In this document: in pieces, positions 11,312-23,859 of the stretch
Numbering within the stretch: position 1 is the stretch's first letter
How the letters are laid out: the number at the start of each line of letters is the position of its first letter
The notes under the pieces: generated by a model
Told to the model about the DNA's origin: nothing
The model's input: the letters and a program-made list of their open reading frames with translations, nothing else
Database searches by the model: none
Program-made: the position numbers and the translations under genes
Assembly: GCF_006345805.1 (NCBI RefSeq)
Contig: NC_043003.1
Span: 22,816,001-22,880,000, forward strand
Direction: 5' to 3'
DNA: 64,000 nucleotides
Source of the DNA: Octopus sinensis
Lineage: Eukaryota

Positions 11312-11619
11312 CAATTTGGACAATAAAAGTATATAAAATTTGGACAATAAAAGTATTTAAAATACCATACAAAATAAATTCTTGATTTACGGAAATTATT
11401 AAGTTATATTTGCAACCGATTCCGAATGCGTAGGGGGTGAAAAGTATACATACATACATGCATGCATGCATACACACACACATACATATACACATACATA
11501 CATACATACATACATACATACATACATACATACATACATACATGCATACATACATGGTATGCATACATATATGTGTACACACACACACGTACATATATAA
11601 GTTGCAAAACTAACTGAAC

Positions 11620-11807
11620 TGTTGAACTCAGACAATATGCTTTTCGGAGTGATAGCGTTGGATTGCTTCGAGCATCGCTGTTAGCTATGTGGTAGCTATG
11701 TATAGTGAGCAGTGGTCCAGACGGCAGAGAACAAACGTTTTCCAGAAGGTTCTTTTCCTTTCTGTCTGAAATAGGTTGGATTCTCAGAATCCAGCCCATT
11801 AGTTGCA

Positions 11808-11808
<1 letters not shown>
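11620..11808 (-). pseudogene. CR1/L2-type LINE RT C-terminal fragment
   Basis: Frameshifted translation MGWILR..TFWKTFVLCRLDHCS..LEAIQRY matches the GWILRTF..LWK.LV.SRLDYCS..LEA.QR pattern of CR1/L2-group RTs. Confidence 0.6.
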
Positions 11809-11892
<84 letters not shown>

Positions 11893-11950
11893 GTCTGTTT
11901 ATCTCTCTCTCTCTCTCTCCTTCTATCTATCTACTTATCTATCTATTATC
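11807..11950. repeat. (ATCT)n microsatellite
   Basis: Direct reading. Confidence 0.95.
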
Positions 11951-12339
11951 TATTGTGGTATTTGCATGGAAAACGATATGAATAAATACTTTGTCGAGGA
12001 ATCATAGTATATACAAATTAAATTAAATGCCAGAGTAAACTTCCACCAATAGTTAAATATATTTACCGTAATAAACAACAGTGTTCTATCTAATAATACG
12101 TTGATATTGTCCAAAGACTTGCAGAATTCGTATACAATTTCCTACTTAGTGCTCCTGCACAATCATGAGGTTAAATATCCATTCAGTTTGTTCCGCTAGC
12201 AATTTGAAGAAGCATACTTGCAACTGACCTTTTGCGCTTTATACGCAATCAAATGTTTATATTTACATAGATATCTACGTGTATGTTTACTTTACTTTGT
12301 GCTAGCACACTACAATTTCTCAGGCATTGTATGTACGTA

Positions 12340-12366
12340 TATATATAATATATATATATATAATAT

Positions 12367-12440
<74 letters not shown>

Positions 12441-12469
12441 AGATAGATGATAGATAGATAGATAGATAT

Positions 12470-12539
<70 letters not shown>

Positions 12540-12556
12540 GATAGATAGATAGATAC
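12340..12556. repeat. (TA)n plus (GATA)n microsatellite
   Basis: Direct reading. Confidence 0.95.
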
Positions 12557-12717
12557 CAAACATTGACAGATTCTCAATACATTTAAGTAAAGTATATAAA
12601 TTTAGTTATGCAAGATAAATACTTATAGTGACTTCGAACTTTCGCCAATTGTTTGAATTGGTTAGCATATAGGGTTTTATTTTATCTTGAGGTATAATTA
12701 TGTACATTAGATTAATA

Positions 12718-12902
12718 GGGTTGGCTGCGTGAATAAAAAGCTTCCTCAGTAGCCGTTTGGATTTTGGATTCAGTTCCATTGCGTGATATGTCGATCAAGT
12801 GTCATCTACTATGACCCCGTACCAACGAATTACTTGAGAGTGAATTTAGTAGATGGAAACTGTGTGGAAGCTCTCATGTGCATGTGTGTGTGTATGTGTG
12901 TT

Positions 12903-12953
<51 letters not shown>

Positions 12954-13176
12954 TTTTGTATTTGTCCTTCACCACAATTTATCAACTGGTGTTGGTTATT
13001 TACGTCTATAACAGCGAGAAGGAGTGGCTGGGTGGTAAGTAGCTTGCTTACGAACCTCATGGTTTCGGGTTCAGTCCCACTGCTTGGCACCTTGGGTAAG
13101 TGTCTTCTACTATAGTCTCGGGCCGACCAAAGCCTCGTGAGTGGATTTGATAGACGGAAACTGAAAAAGCCCGTCG

Positions 13177-13208
<32 letters not shown>

Positions 13209-13535
13209 TGTGTGTGTATATGTTTGTGTGTCTGTGTTTGTTCGCCTAACATCGCTTGACAACCAATGCTGGTATGTTTACGTCCCCGTAACTTAGTGGT
13301 TCGGCAAAAGCGACCGATAGAATAAGTACTGGGCTTACAAAGAATAAGTCCTGGGGTCGATTTGCCCGACTAGAAGGCGGTGATCCAGCATGGCCACAGT
13401 CACATGACTGAAACAAGTAAAAGAGTAAAGAGAATAAGTCCCGGTTGTTAAAAAAACATAAGTACTTGGGTCGCTTCGTTTTGGACTAAATTCGTTAAAG
13501 GGATGATCGCAGTCCAGTTTGAAACAAAAGATAAA
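12718..13535 (+). mobile_element. Old SINE B-related host element split by a younger SINE B
   Basis: 5' half at 12718-13012 (ttcagttccattgcgtg..caagtgtcatctactat..tagatggaaactgtgtggaagc); 3' half resumes at 13431-13535. Confidence 0.65.
13014..13430 (+). mobile_element. SINE family B, full length, nested
   Basis: ggagtggctgggtggtaagtagcttgctt..ggttcagtccc head through to the aagtaaaagagtaaag tail. Confidence 0.9.
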
Positions 13536-14404
13536 TCTTAATATTCTTTAATCAACTCTTCAGATAATTATCAAATTTGATTAAATAATGCAGGAGCATC
13601 CCTTCCATATTCCTGCATCCACAATTTTCTCTTGTTCTTTCGCTTTATATCAGCTTTGATCGAGCACACCCATCAATGATATTCCAACCGTGACCATTGT
13701 CTCTTATTCGTGACTATCCTGTCTTTTCAGATATCAGATGCTCCAAACGCGACCACTTCGTATATTATTTGCGCCAGTCAATAGTCATTGCCCATTATAG
13801 CCATTTTCAGAAAAGATGGCAACTTTGAAGCAAAGTTGGCTGCCATTTTTAACCTTGTAAAACAACCACATAGAACCCAACCTCCTTCGCGCTTCTTAAT
13901 TCTTTTCTCTATATTCTCTTTGCCTATATCGTTAATTGCATCGCAAAGTATATTAAAATCTTCACGGTTTAATATGATTGTCGCGATTCTATGAAACTCA
14001 CACAGTGTGAAGCAAAAACATAATAAAGCACTTGATTGATAGTACATACATAATATAAACTTTGAAAAATCTAATATGCATTCCTTTTAACATATGAATT
14101 GTATGAAAGTTCAATTTTCCATTGTGTATTTTAAGATGCAAGAATGAGAAGAAATAAAAATTCATTTTGTGTTTAACGTATAACAATGTACTTTGTTGAG
14201 AGTTTTAAAAACACGTTGTTTCCAATACTATATTAAATGTAGAATAGCGGTCAACGATAAAAAATAAAATGAAGTGAAACTATTAATTCTAATATAAATT
14301 GTTAAGCGTATAATAGAATGTAGTTGTTCAGCATATGAAGATTATTTTATGTCTACAAAGATTCTGGACAAATTTTTATTAGAATTTCCATTGTTTGCTT
14401 CCTA

Positions 14405-14920
14405 GGGAGACATGGCCATAACTGCAGTTTAAGAAGATCGCTTAGCAACTACAGGACTTGAGTTCAGTTTCACTACACAGCATCTTGGAAAAGTGACTTG
14501 CGCTGATGGCTCCGCGCTGACCAATGCCTTGTGCGTGAATTTTGTAAATGGAAATTGTGCGGAAGCCCATCTTGGTCGTCTGCGTTAGTGTGTTTGTGTA
14601 TGTATTTATATATGTGAAATATATATTATATATATAATCATACACCACACACACATACACATACACATACCCATACACACGCATGCACACACACACACAC
14701 ACGCGCATACACACACACACACTTGTGTGTATGCTTCTTACGTTTGATAATCGGATTTAGCTTGTTTACGTCTCCGTAAAGTAGCGGCTCAGCAAAAGAG
14801 ATATGATAGAATAGATAGGTTTAAGATAAGTACCCGGATCGCGTTACCCGACTAAGCATTTCAAGTTAGTTCTCTAGCATAGCTACAGTCCCCTGACTAA
14901 AAGAATTGAAAGAAAGAATA
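14405..14920 (+). mobile_element. Old SINE family B-related copy
   Basis: Degenerate head (gagttcagtttcact), gaccaatgccttgtgcgtgaattttgtaaatggaaattgtgcggaagccc, internal microsatellite and degenerate tail. Confidence 0.65.
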
Positions 14921-15225
14921 ACAATAATAACAATGTTCCCACAACGGCAAAACTGTTATCAGCTAATTTTGTGCTGTATTTAGTTTGCAAGATTCTTGAT
15001 GTGAACTCGTGTGTTGAACCAGTCATTGTTGTATCTCAGGAGAGCCATTATGCCAATAATAAACACACGTTCCGCTTCACTTCTTTATTTTTCGTTAATT
15101 GGTTAACTATTTAACCAATTAACTAATCAATTGTTTGATTAATCATTTAGCTAATCAGTCAATCAGTGCTCTTGGCAAAATCCTTTCGTCGATATTCGTG
15201 ACCTCTTCAATGACGTGTCGTTTCT

Positions 15226-15693
15226 TATTTCTTTACTGCCCACAAGGGGCTACACATAGGGTACACAAACAAGGACAGACAAACGGATTAAGTCGATATT
15301 ATCGACCTCAGTGCGTAACTGGTACTTATTTAATCGACCCCAAAAAGATGAAAGGCAAAGTCCACCTCGGCGGAATTTGAACTCAGAACGTAGCGATAGA
15401 CGAAATACCTATTTCTTTACTACCCACAAGGGGCTAAACACAGAGAGGACAAACAAGGACAGACAAAGGGATTAAGTCGCTTACATCGACCCCAGTGCGT
15501 AACTGGTACTTATTTAATCGACCCCAAAAGGATGAAAGGCAAAGTCGACCTCGGCGGAATTTCAACTCAGAACGTAGCGGTAGACGAAATACCTATTTCT
15601 TTACTACCCACAAGAGAGGACAAACAAGGACAGACAAACGGATTAAGTCAATTATATCGACCTCAGTGCGTAACTGGTACTTAACGTTTCTGC
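15226..15693 (-). mobile_element. SINE family A multimer (two full bodies plus an internally deleted third unit)
   Basis: Unit joins at gaaataccta (15402, 15586). The last unit jumps from ggtacttaa to the head remnant acgtttctgc. Confidence 0.9.
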
Positions 15694-16240
15694 TGTTTCT
15701 ACTCCAGGTCAGCTTCAGATATGTCTCAGCTACATGTTCGTTATATGTAAAGACATACGAAACTGGGAGATTACTTTGTGACTCTAAGTTACGGTCCGTG
15801 TCATTCTGATTTGAAATCGTAGTGAATCCAACTTCGATATTCCATTTTCTGATCTGGTGTCGATGAAACTAAGTGTCAGTAAAGTATCTTGGTTGTGATA
15901 AACGACTGTAATCTCTCCTATAACTTGATCTCCTTATAAGAAATCAATGATAATATAGCGTTTCAAGTTGTTAACATCATCGTTAAAGATGAATAACTTT
16001 TTTTTCAAGTCCTCTAGAGCATAAGAACCTTTTTTACTCAGTGTATATACAATGGTTTTAGTATAAACACGTGGTGGAAACTATACATTTCTAGGATTTG
16101 CATCCTCGATTAGAAATGTTTACTGTTAATCCTAATTTCACCCTAAATGCCCATATAATTTCCGAAACTTACGTAACCGAGTTTCGTTAGTATCTTAACA
16201 TGTGGAACGTAAAACTTTTTAGAATTTCCCATAATATATC

Positions 16241-16471
16241 TCTTTCTTTACTACCCACAAGGGGCTAAACACAGAGGGGACAAACAAGGACAGACAAACG
16301 GATTAAGTCGATTACATCGACCCCAGTGCGTAACTGGTACTTAATTTATCGACCCCGAAAGGATGAAAGGCAAAGTCGTCCTCGGCGGAATTTGAACTCA
16401 GAACGTAACGGCAGACGAAATACGGCTACGCATTTCGCCCGGCGTGCTACCGTTTTTGCCAGCTCGCCGCC
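16241..16471 (-). mobile_element. SINE family A monomer with 18 bp target-site duplication
   Basis: Full head and body; AATTTCCCATAATATATC at 16223-16240 and 16483-16500. Confidence 0.95.
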
Positions 16472-16749
16472 CTGTTTCCCATAATTTCCCATAATATATC
16501 AAGTAGTCTAGACCAGAATGTTGAAACAGGCATTTATTGTTCCTTTTGCAACTTATATAATAATCTGTCAAGTGAGAGTTGAAAATTGAAACAGCTCCAT
16601 AATAACACGGGTCTCGGGAATCTCAAATGATACTAACAAATACGTAGCGAAAATACTAGTATTTATATATATATGTAATACCATTATATATCGTATGTTA
16701 AATAGAGTATGTTAAATACTCTAAAAGCACACCTACGTAAAAAAAAAAA

Positions 16750-16819
16750 AGGCGGTGCTCCAGCATGGCCGCAGTCAAATGACTGAAGCAAGTAAAAGAG
16801 TAACTGAGTAAAGAGTATA
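16750..16819 (+). mobile_element. SINE family B 3' tail fragment
   Basis: aggcggtgctccagcatggccgcagtcaaatgactgaagcaagtaaaagagt. Confidence 0.8.
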
Positions 16820-16949
16820 GTTCACATGGGTTCACTGATTAACATTTGTTCCTCATCTTCAGCTGCAGGATCACACCATACAAACATGAAAGTTTATACA
16901 TTCACTTCCTGCTTTATAATGTCGAACTGTCTGCCTGCTTCTGTTGCCG

Positions 16950-17030
16950 GTACTACTACTACTACTACAACTACTACTACTACTACTACTACTACTACAA
17001 CTACTACTACTACAACTACTACTACTGCTA

Positions 17031-17103
<73 letters not shown>

Positions 17104-17119
17104 ACATCAACTACTACTA

Positions 17120-17150
<31 letters not shown>

Positions 17151-17304
17151 CATTGCTACTACTACTACAACTGCTACTACAGTAACACAACACAACAACA
17201 ACAACAACAACTACTACTACTACTATGCTACTGCGCTACAACTACTACTACAACAAAACTAAAACTACACTACTACCACAACAAAAACTACTACTACTGC
17301 TACA

Positions 17305-17367
<63 letters not shown>

Positions 17368-17403
17368 ACAACAACTACTACTACTACTACTACGCTACTA
17401 CTA

Positions 17404-17437
<34 letters not shown>

Positions 17438-17712
17438 CATTGCTACTATTACTACAACTGCTACTACAGTAACAACAACAACAACAACAACAACAACAAC
17501 TACTACTACTACTACTACAACAAAGACTACAACTACCACAACAACTACTACTACTGCTGCCATTGCTACTGCTACTACAACTACTACTACCACTACTTCT
17601 ACTACTGCTGCTACAGTAACAACAACAACAACTACTACTACTACTATTAATGCTGCTGCTACGGCTACTACTGCTGCTGCTGCTGCTGCAGATGCTGCTA
17701 CTGCAGCTGCTG

Positions 17713-17760
<48 letters not shown>

Positions 17761-17768
17761 TTACTACT
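16950..17768. repeat. Mosaic trinucleotide array (ACT/GCT/ACA)n with higher-order units
   Basis: Direct reading; GCCATTGCTACT recurs at 17149, 17436 and 17559. Confidence 0.95.
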
Positions 17769-18241
17769 TCGGCAAAGTCTTAAAAACAACATAATTCTAA
17801 ACGTAGACTGACTACATCATCGATATTAGAAGCAACAACGGTGGGAAAGAAAGTAATAATGGCGACAACTGTAACAACGGCAAAAAATGATAATCATAAA
17901 TAGAAAGAACAAAGATCAAATGATTGTAAATTAAACTTCATTTGCACTCGAAAGAAACGGTTCAGTGCATTCGTTAAGGAAATCGATACTGTTTCCATAA
18001 GTCTTAGTGACGACAATATTTGCCGAAGTGGGCGATGATCCTTAAAGAGTGGATGCACTTGTACGACAATGTGGCGCTGAGAAAGAAGAAAGCTATGTGG
18101 AAATTTTCTGTCATGGCGTTACGAAGTAAGTAGCACAAGAGGCCTATAGGACTATTCTGTTTCAAACAGGAAAGAGAACAAGATAGAAAGAAATATATGT
18201 ACATATGTGTGTGTGTGCATGTATTTCTGTCTCTGTCTCTG

Positions 18242-18280
<39 letters not shown>

Positions 18281-18999
18281 CGGTGGATGAATTTGAGGCA
18301 GCTCTTATTTCTAGCAGGTGGATGCTTGTTAATCATTCCTACGCTTTGTACAAATTTATAATTCATAGCTATATAATGATATTGTGCCTGCGATCCACCT
18401 ATGTCACTGCTGGTGATATCATCAATTGTAAAATTTATCCACAGATGATATGAACAGTAGTGACATCTGATTCCAAATCTCAGTGTCTGAATGTTTTGCT
18501 TACACACACACACACACACATATAAAATTTAAATAATGAGGGTGATAAATTGAATATTAATTTAATTAACATCAATTTAAAACCAGTAGCCTAGCACATA
18601 GAAAAATGTATATACGCATATATATATATATATATATATACCCACAAACATACACACACACACATACACACGCATATACAAACAGATGCACACAAATATA
18701 AATGCGGAGGAGGGAAAGAGAGGGAGGAAGAGGAAAAACGGGGAGGGTGGGAAGGAGAGAGAGACGGAGGAATATGGAGAGATATGGTGACATAAAAGGA
18801 TGCTACATAAAAGATTTCACAATGAACAAAAAAAGAAATAAAACAAACATAAAGGAATATAGGAACGAAGATGAAAAGAGAAAGAAAGAAAGAAAGAAAG
18901 GAAAGAAGGAAGGAAGGAAGGAAGGAAGAGAGAAAGAAAGAAAGGAAGACGGAAAGCTTTGATAACAGAGATATCTATGATCAAATGAGTAAAGTTATT

Positions 19000-19130
19000 G
19001 CGCTGAATTGGCAGAGTGTTCGGTAGAATGCTTCAGTGTTTGTTCTGAGAACCTACACTTTTAGTTCAAGTCCAGCCGTGGTCAACATCGCCTTTCTTCC
19101 TTACCGGGTCTATAAAAATGTAATGCACCA
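19000..19130 (+). mobile_element. Very old SINE family A-related fragment
   Basis: gaattggcagagtgtt..agttcaagtccagccgtggtcaacatcgcctttcttccttaccgggtctataaaa. Confidence 0.5.
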
Positions 19131-19442
19131 TCGAATTTGTGGATCCGTTAGGTCTTGCAAGATGTCTTGTGGTGCATGTTTGGGCTCTAACGCTTTGTGC
19201 ATTCCGTTCCATTGGTGCTACGCTGTATCTGCGTCATTAAGCTTTTCCTTTGGATAAACAGCGATGGCAGAGAAAGGGGGAACTTGTATGCATGGACAAA
19301 TGTTAGACTTCCTAAATAAAGTCTTTCCTAAGATTGTCGACATTATCTAACAGCGAACATATTTATTAAACACATAAATAAATCAATAAAATAAACGTTA
19401 TTACACTGAATGAATTGTCATATATATATATATATATATATA

Positions 19443-19686
19443 TAAAATACAAAAAGGGGACAACAAAGCATCCAGATAGACGATACAAAGAAAACAAGGA
19501 CGGGTCATTCGAAGTTTTCTTTCCGCAGTCAAGCACCAGATTATCCTTGCAATTTCGGCTGATTATTCTTGAGACTGCTCCAATCTGGCCAGCACGAAGG
19601 AAAATCTAAGCTAAGAGCATTAGATTCCTTAGGGGAAAGCAGCGAATGCATACAAAAACAATGACGGGAAAACGGACAAATTACAC
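19443..19686 (-). repeat. Repeat family F, longest copy
   Basis: Reverse complement of 4409-4570 with about 120 bp of extra upstream sequence. Confidence 0.65.
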
Positions 19687-20214
19687 AAAGAATACAATAA
19701 TACAATAATTGTATATATATATATATATATATACACCATCTACGAATTTGTAAGTCAATAAATATTGCACTCGTTTATCTGTCAGCAAAGTGGGAATATT
19801 AATCAAAGCATAACTGCCAGCTCTGAAGAATGCAGGGTTACATAAACAGACTGCTACATAACATTCTATTGAACCCCTAGTGAGAAACCAATTGGTAAAA
19901 TCAGCCATAATAGATTAATAATACTGTATACACACACGCACGCACGTATACACACACGCACGCACACACACACACATACATACACGCGAACGTACACACA
20001 CACAAGCATATGTAGGTTCGTTTGCTAGACCGAGTGTCATGTCTTCTTGAGCAAACGCATGATACAGGCTAATAGGCATATTCGCTTATGATTATATGCA
20101 TGCATGTATGTATGTATGTATGTATGTATGTATGTATGTATGTATGTATGTATGTATGTATGTACGTACGTACGTATGCATGCGTGCGCGTATGTATATG
20201 TGCGCGCGCGTCTG

Positions 20215-20545
20215 CACTCTTAACCTGGTTTCAGTCGTTGCACTGTGGCGGAGACATGTTAGAATATAATCGATATAATCATCTCCAATTCTTATAATAA
20301 TTCTGGTACTTACTTTCATCGAACCGCTGCGTTACCAAACATAACATAGCCCATCACTATTTTCTCCTGTCTAAACATTACTACGCAAACACAGCATTTA
20401 TATCTGACGAGATTCTGCATATTTGCCATTTCAGAAATTCCATTCAGCAGTCATTGGTTACGAGCCAATACTAAACTACAGCAAAAGACACTTGTCCAAA
20501 GAGCCGCGCACTGAGACCGAACGTGGAATTAACATGGATCCACCT
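20215..20545 (-). mobile_element. Very old SINE B-related copy
   Basis: gtttcagtcgttgcactgtgg tail, ggtacttactttcatcgaaccgct body, agacacttgtccaaag CORE-like part. Confidence 0.5.
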
Positions 20546-21034
20546 ATTTCCGAACCCGTCTATGATTACATCTATATTTACACCTACATAAAAAATATGT
20601 ACAATCATTAATCTGAATTATTTAGTTTGTTCCTTAATAATTTCCATCAATGCAATACTAGATAACAACTAAAATCGATAAGCTATTCTTTCGTAACATC
20701 ATTTTGATCGTGAGCGTCCAAAGTTCTGATTAGGTCGATGAGTAGTCGATCAAGTGTAATGTCTGCATATACTGCTGGGTAGATTTATGGACATTACGTT
20801 GGCAAGTGTTTGCCAGTTCATGTCATTCACATGACCGAACATAATTGTTATGTTTCACAGAGAATTTTTAATCTTCTATATTTATTTGTTCAATTTTATG
20901 ACTATATGTTTTGATCGATGCATTTGTCCGATAAGCTATGGGGCTTTGAAGCGTATTGATAGATAAATAAATCCACGTGATACTGGTGTGAAATTTGTAG
21001 GGATTAAGATTATCCTATATATGTATGTGAGTGT

Positions 21035-21202
<168 letters not shown>

Positions 21203-21783
21203 ATATACATACGCATTTTAATATTTTGTGAATGCTGTCATAAATCATTTGAGGTGTTCTATAATAAAGGAGGTGAATATATCAAATGATATATTTTGTG
21301 TAAACAAAAGAAACCTTTCCCTAATTGCCTGCCTGCCTACCTACCAACCTACCTACCTACCTACCTACCTACCTACCTACCTACCTACATACATACATAC
21401 TACATACATACATACATACATACATACATACATACATACCTATCTACCTATCTACCTATCTATTGATATCATAGTATTTAGTGAATAATAGCGTCGTTGG
21501 TTACAGGTTTTCAACGGACCATTCAACGTGTCACAACATAACTGGCTCAGAGAGTGACGAGCGAATATCTGTGGAATCTGGCATAGAACAAATATCATGG
21601 TGACTTCGCACGCAGAACACTGTTTTATCGATTATATCGGTTTCCTAGCTGACGTATCGAGAGATGCACACTCATACCCCGTAGGTATACCACATATCCA
21701 TATATATGTACATATGTATATGTATGTGTATGTGTATATATGTATATCAATGTCTCTATCGATCTATGTCTTTCTCTGTATGA

Positions 21784-21857
21784 TGGCCAGAAAACTGAAG
21801 AGATGGTGGTGTGGATTTCCACCTCGGCATCCGAAACTCAGAGTTTTATCTTGGCTA
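21784..21857 (+). ncRNA. Type I hammerhead ribozyme-like motif
   Basis: CTGAAGA (21795-21801), helix II GATG/CATC plus GTGG/CCAC, GAAA (21833-21836), helix III ACTC-A-GAGT, GTT triplet (21843-21845), and helix I TGGCCAGAAAA pairing with TTATCTTGGCTA (one mismatch, one bulge). Confidence 0.6.
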
Positions 21858-21981
21858 TTGAATAATTGTCACATATTATTTTTACAGATAAATTCCTCTA
21901 TTTACATAATATTGAGGTCTCTTTCTTTCTTTTCTTATCTTGCCGTTTTTACCAATATATATATATTATATATATATATAT

Positions 21982-22030
<49 letters not shown>

Positions 22031-22333
22031 TATATATATATATATATACACACATATATATATATATATACACATATATACACATATATATATATATATA
22101 CACACATATATATATATATATATATGTATGTATCATATGGTATCGCATGTTAGGTGTTAAAACTGCTCCCATAACAGCGACAACTCGACGTAACAGATTA
22201 ATTAATTTAAAAATCTTGTACGCGACTCTCTTTAAGTTTTCATGAGAACTTTCAAAGAAACGAAACGCCTACACATCTGTTAGATTCAGCAATTCAATTT
22301 TCAGCAATACGCAGATAAGTGTGTGGTTTTTCA

Positions 22334-22373
<40 letters not shown>

Positions 22374-22374
<1 letters not shown>

Positions 22375-22782
22375 GCGCAGGAGGGGCTGTGTGGTAAGTA
22401 GCTTGCTTACCAACCACATGGTGCGTGCCACCTTGGCCAAGTGTCTTCTACTATAGCATCGGGCCGACCAAAACATTTTGAGTGGATTTGATAGACGGAA
22501 ACTGAAAGAAGCCCGTCGTATATATGTATATGTCTATATATATATGCATGTGTGTGTGTATATGTTTGTGTGTCTGTGTTTGTCCCTCCAACATCGCTTG
22601 ACAACTGAAGCTGGTGTGTTTACGTCCCCATAAAGCGGTTCGGCAAAAGAGACCGATAGAATAAGTACAAAGCTTACAAAGAATAAGCCCTGGTGTCGAT
22701 TTACTGGACTAAAGGAAAGGCGGTGCTCCAGCATGGCCACAGTCAAATGACTGAAACAAGTAAAAGAGAGTAAAAGTGAGTA
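22374..22782 (+). mobile_element. SINE family B, full length with small head deletion
   Basis: ggcgcaggaggggctgtgtggtaagtagc head through to the aagtaaaagagagt tail. Confidence 0.9.
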
Positions 22783-23491
22783 TATACACATACATACATA
22801 CATACATACATACGTATTACACATGTACATTCGTACATATGCCTGTGTGTGTATGTGTGTGTGTTTCTGTCCGTGTATTTGTATATACGTATGTATTCAT
22901 ATACGTATGTAAGTCTGTATGCATGTATGCGTGTGCTGTAGACGACAACTAATATTCGCCTGCGCCATATCTATTTGATTAATGATGTCATTTACGAAAC
23001 TAAGCCTAGTGTTGATCTGTAATATGACGCTACACCCAGCTCTTTTTCAATAGTACCATACAGTAATTAAATCTTCGCCTAGTTCAGTTCTGTACTGCTT
23101 CAACAATACACCTTTGTTCTAACTGCTATTACTAAGAACAGCTTAGAAGAAAGTCGTTCGTTACTAAGCAGGGAAGATATATATCAATATTTTTTTTTAC
23201 TTTAGTCTTTTAAAATTTTGTTGTCTCTTTGTATGTTTTCTGTCTATTGTTTATTAATCGAATGTCTCTGTATATCGCTTTGTCTTCTTATTTCTTTCTT
23301 CTCTAGATCTCTCTATGTATGTATGTATGTATGTATGTATGTATGTATGTATGTATGTATGTATGTATGCATGTATGTATGTATGCATGTATGTATTATG
23401 TATGTATGTATGTATCTTTGTATGTATGTATGTATGCAAGCATACACCCGTCTTTTTTTTTGTTTTTTTGTAAATTCTCACTATATATGTA

Positions 23492-23859
23492 GGCGCAGGA
23501 GTGGCTGTGTGGTAAGTAGCTTGCTAACCAACCACACGGTTGCGGGTTCAGTCCCACTGCGTGGCATCTTGGGCAAGTGTCTTCTGCTATAGCCCCGGGC
23601 CGACCAATGCCTTGTGAGTGGATTTGGTAGACGGAAACTGAAAGAAGCCTGTCGTATATATGTATATATATGTATATGTGTGTGTGTTTGTGTGTCTGTG
23701 TTTGTCCCCCTAGCATTGCTTGACAACCGATGCTGGTGTGTTTAGGTCCCCGTCACTTAGCGGTTCGGCAAAAAGATACCGATAGAATAAGTACTAAAAG
23801 GTGGTGCTCCAGCATGGCCGCAGTCAAATGACTGAAACAAGTAAAAGAGTAAAAGAGTA
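23492..23859 (+). mobile_element. SINE family B, full length with internal deletion
   Basis: ggcgcaggagtggctgtgtggtaagtagc..ggttcagtccc head; the gggctt..cgacta segment is absent; tail aaaagagt repeats. Confidence 0.9.

Noticed and set aside
15700-15860. Open frame on the minus strand (IRKWNIEVGFTTISNQ..LKLTWSRN) as an exon
   Set aside because: No recognisable homolog or donor site; it runs into a SINE.
16944-17783. 279 aa ORF resembling a mucin or homopolymer protein
   Set aside because: It lies entirely within a trinucleotide mosaic that is open in several frames on both strands; no splice or homology evidence.
20400-20450. CTGACGAG..GAAA as a hammerhead
   Set aside because: No helix I or helix II pairing; it lies inside a decayed SINE on the other strand.
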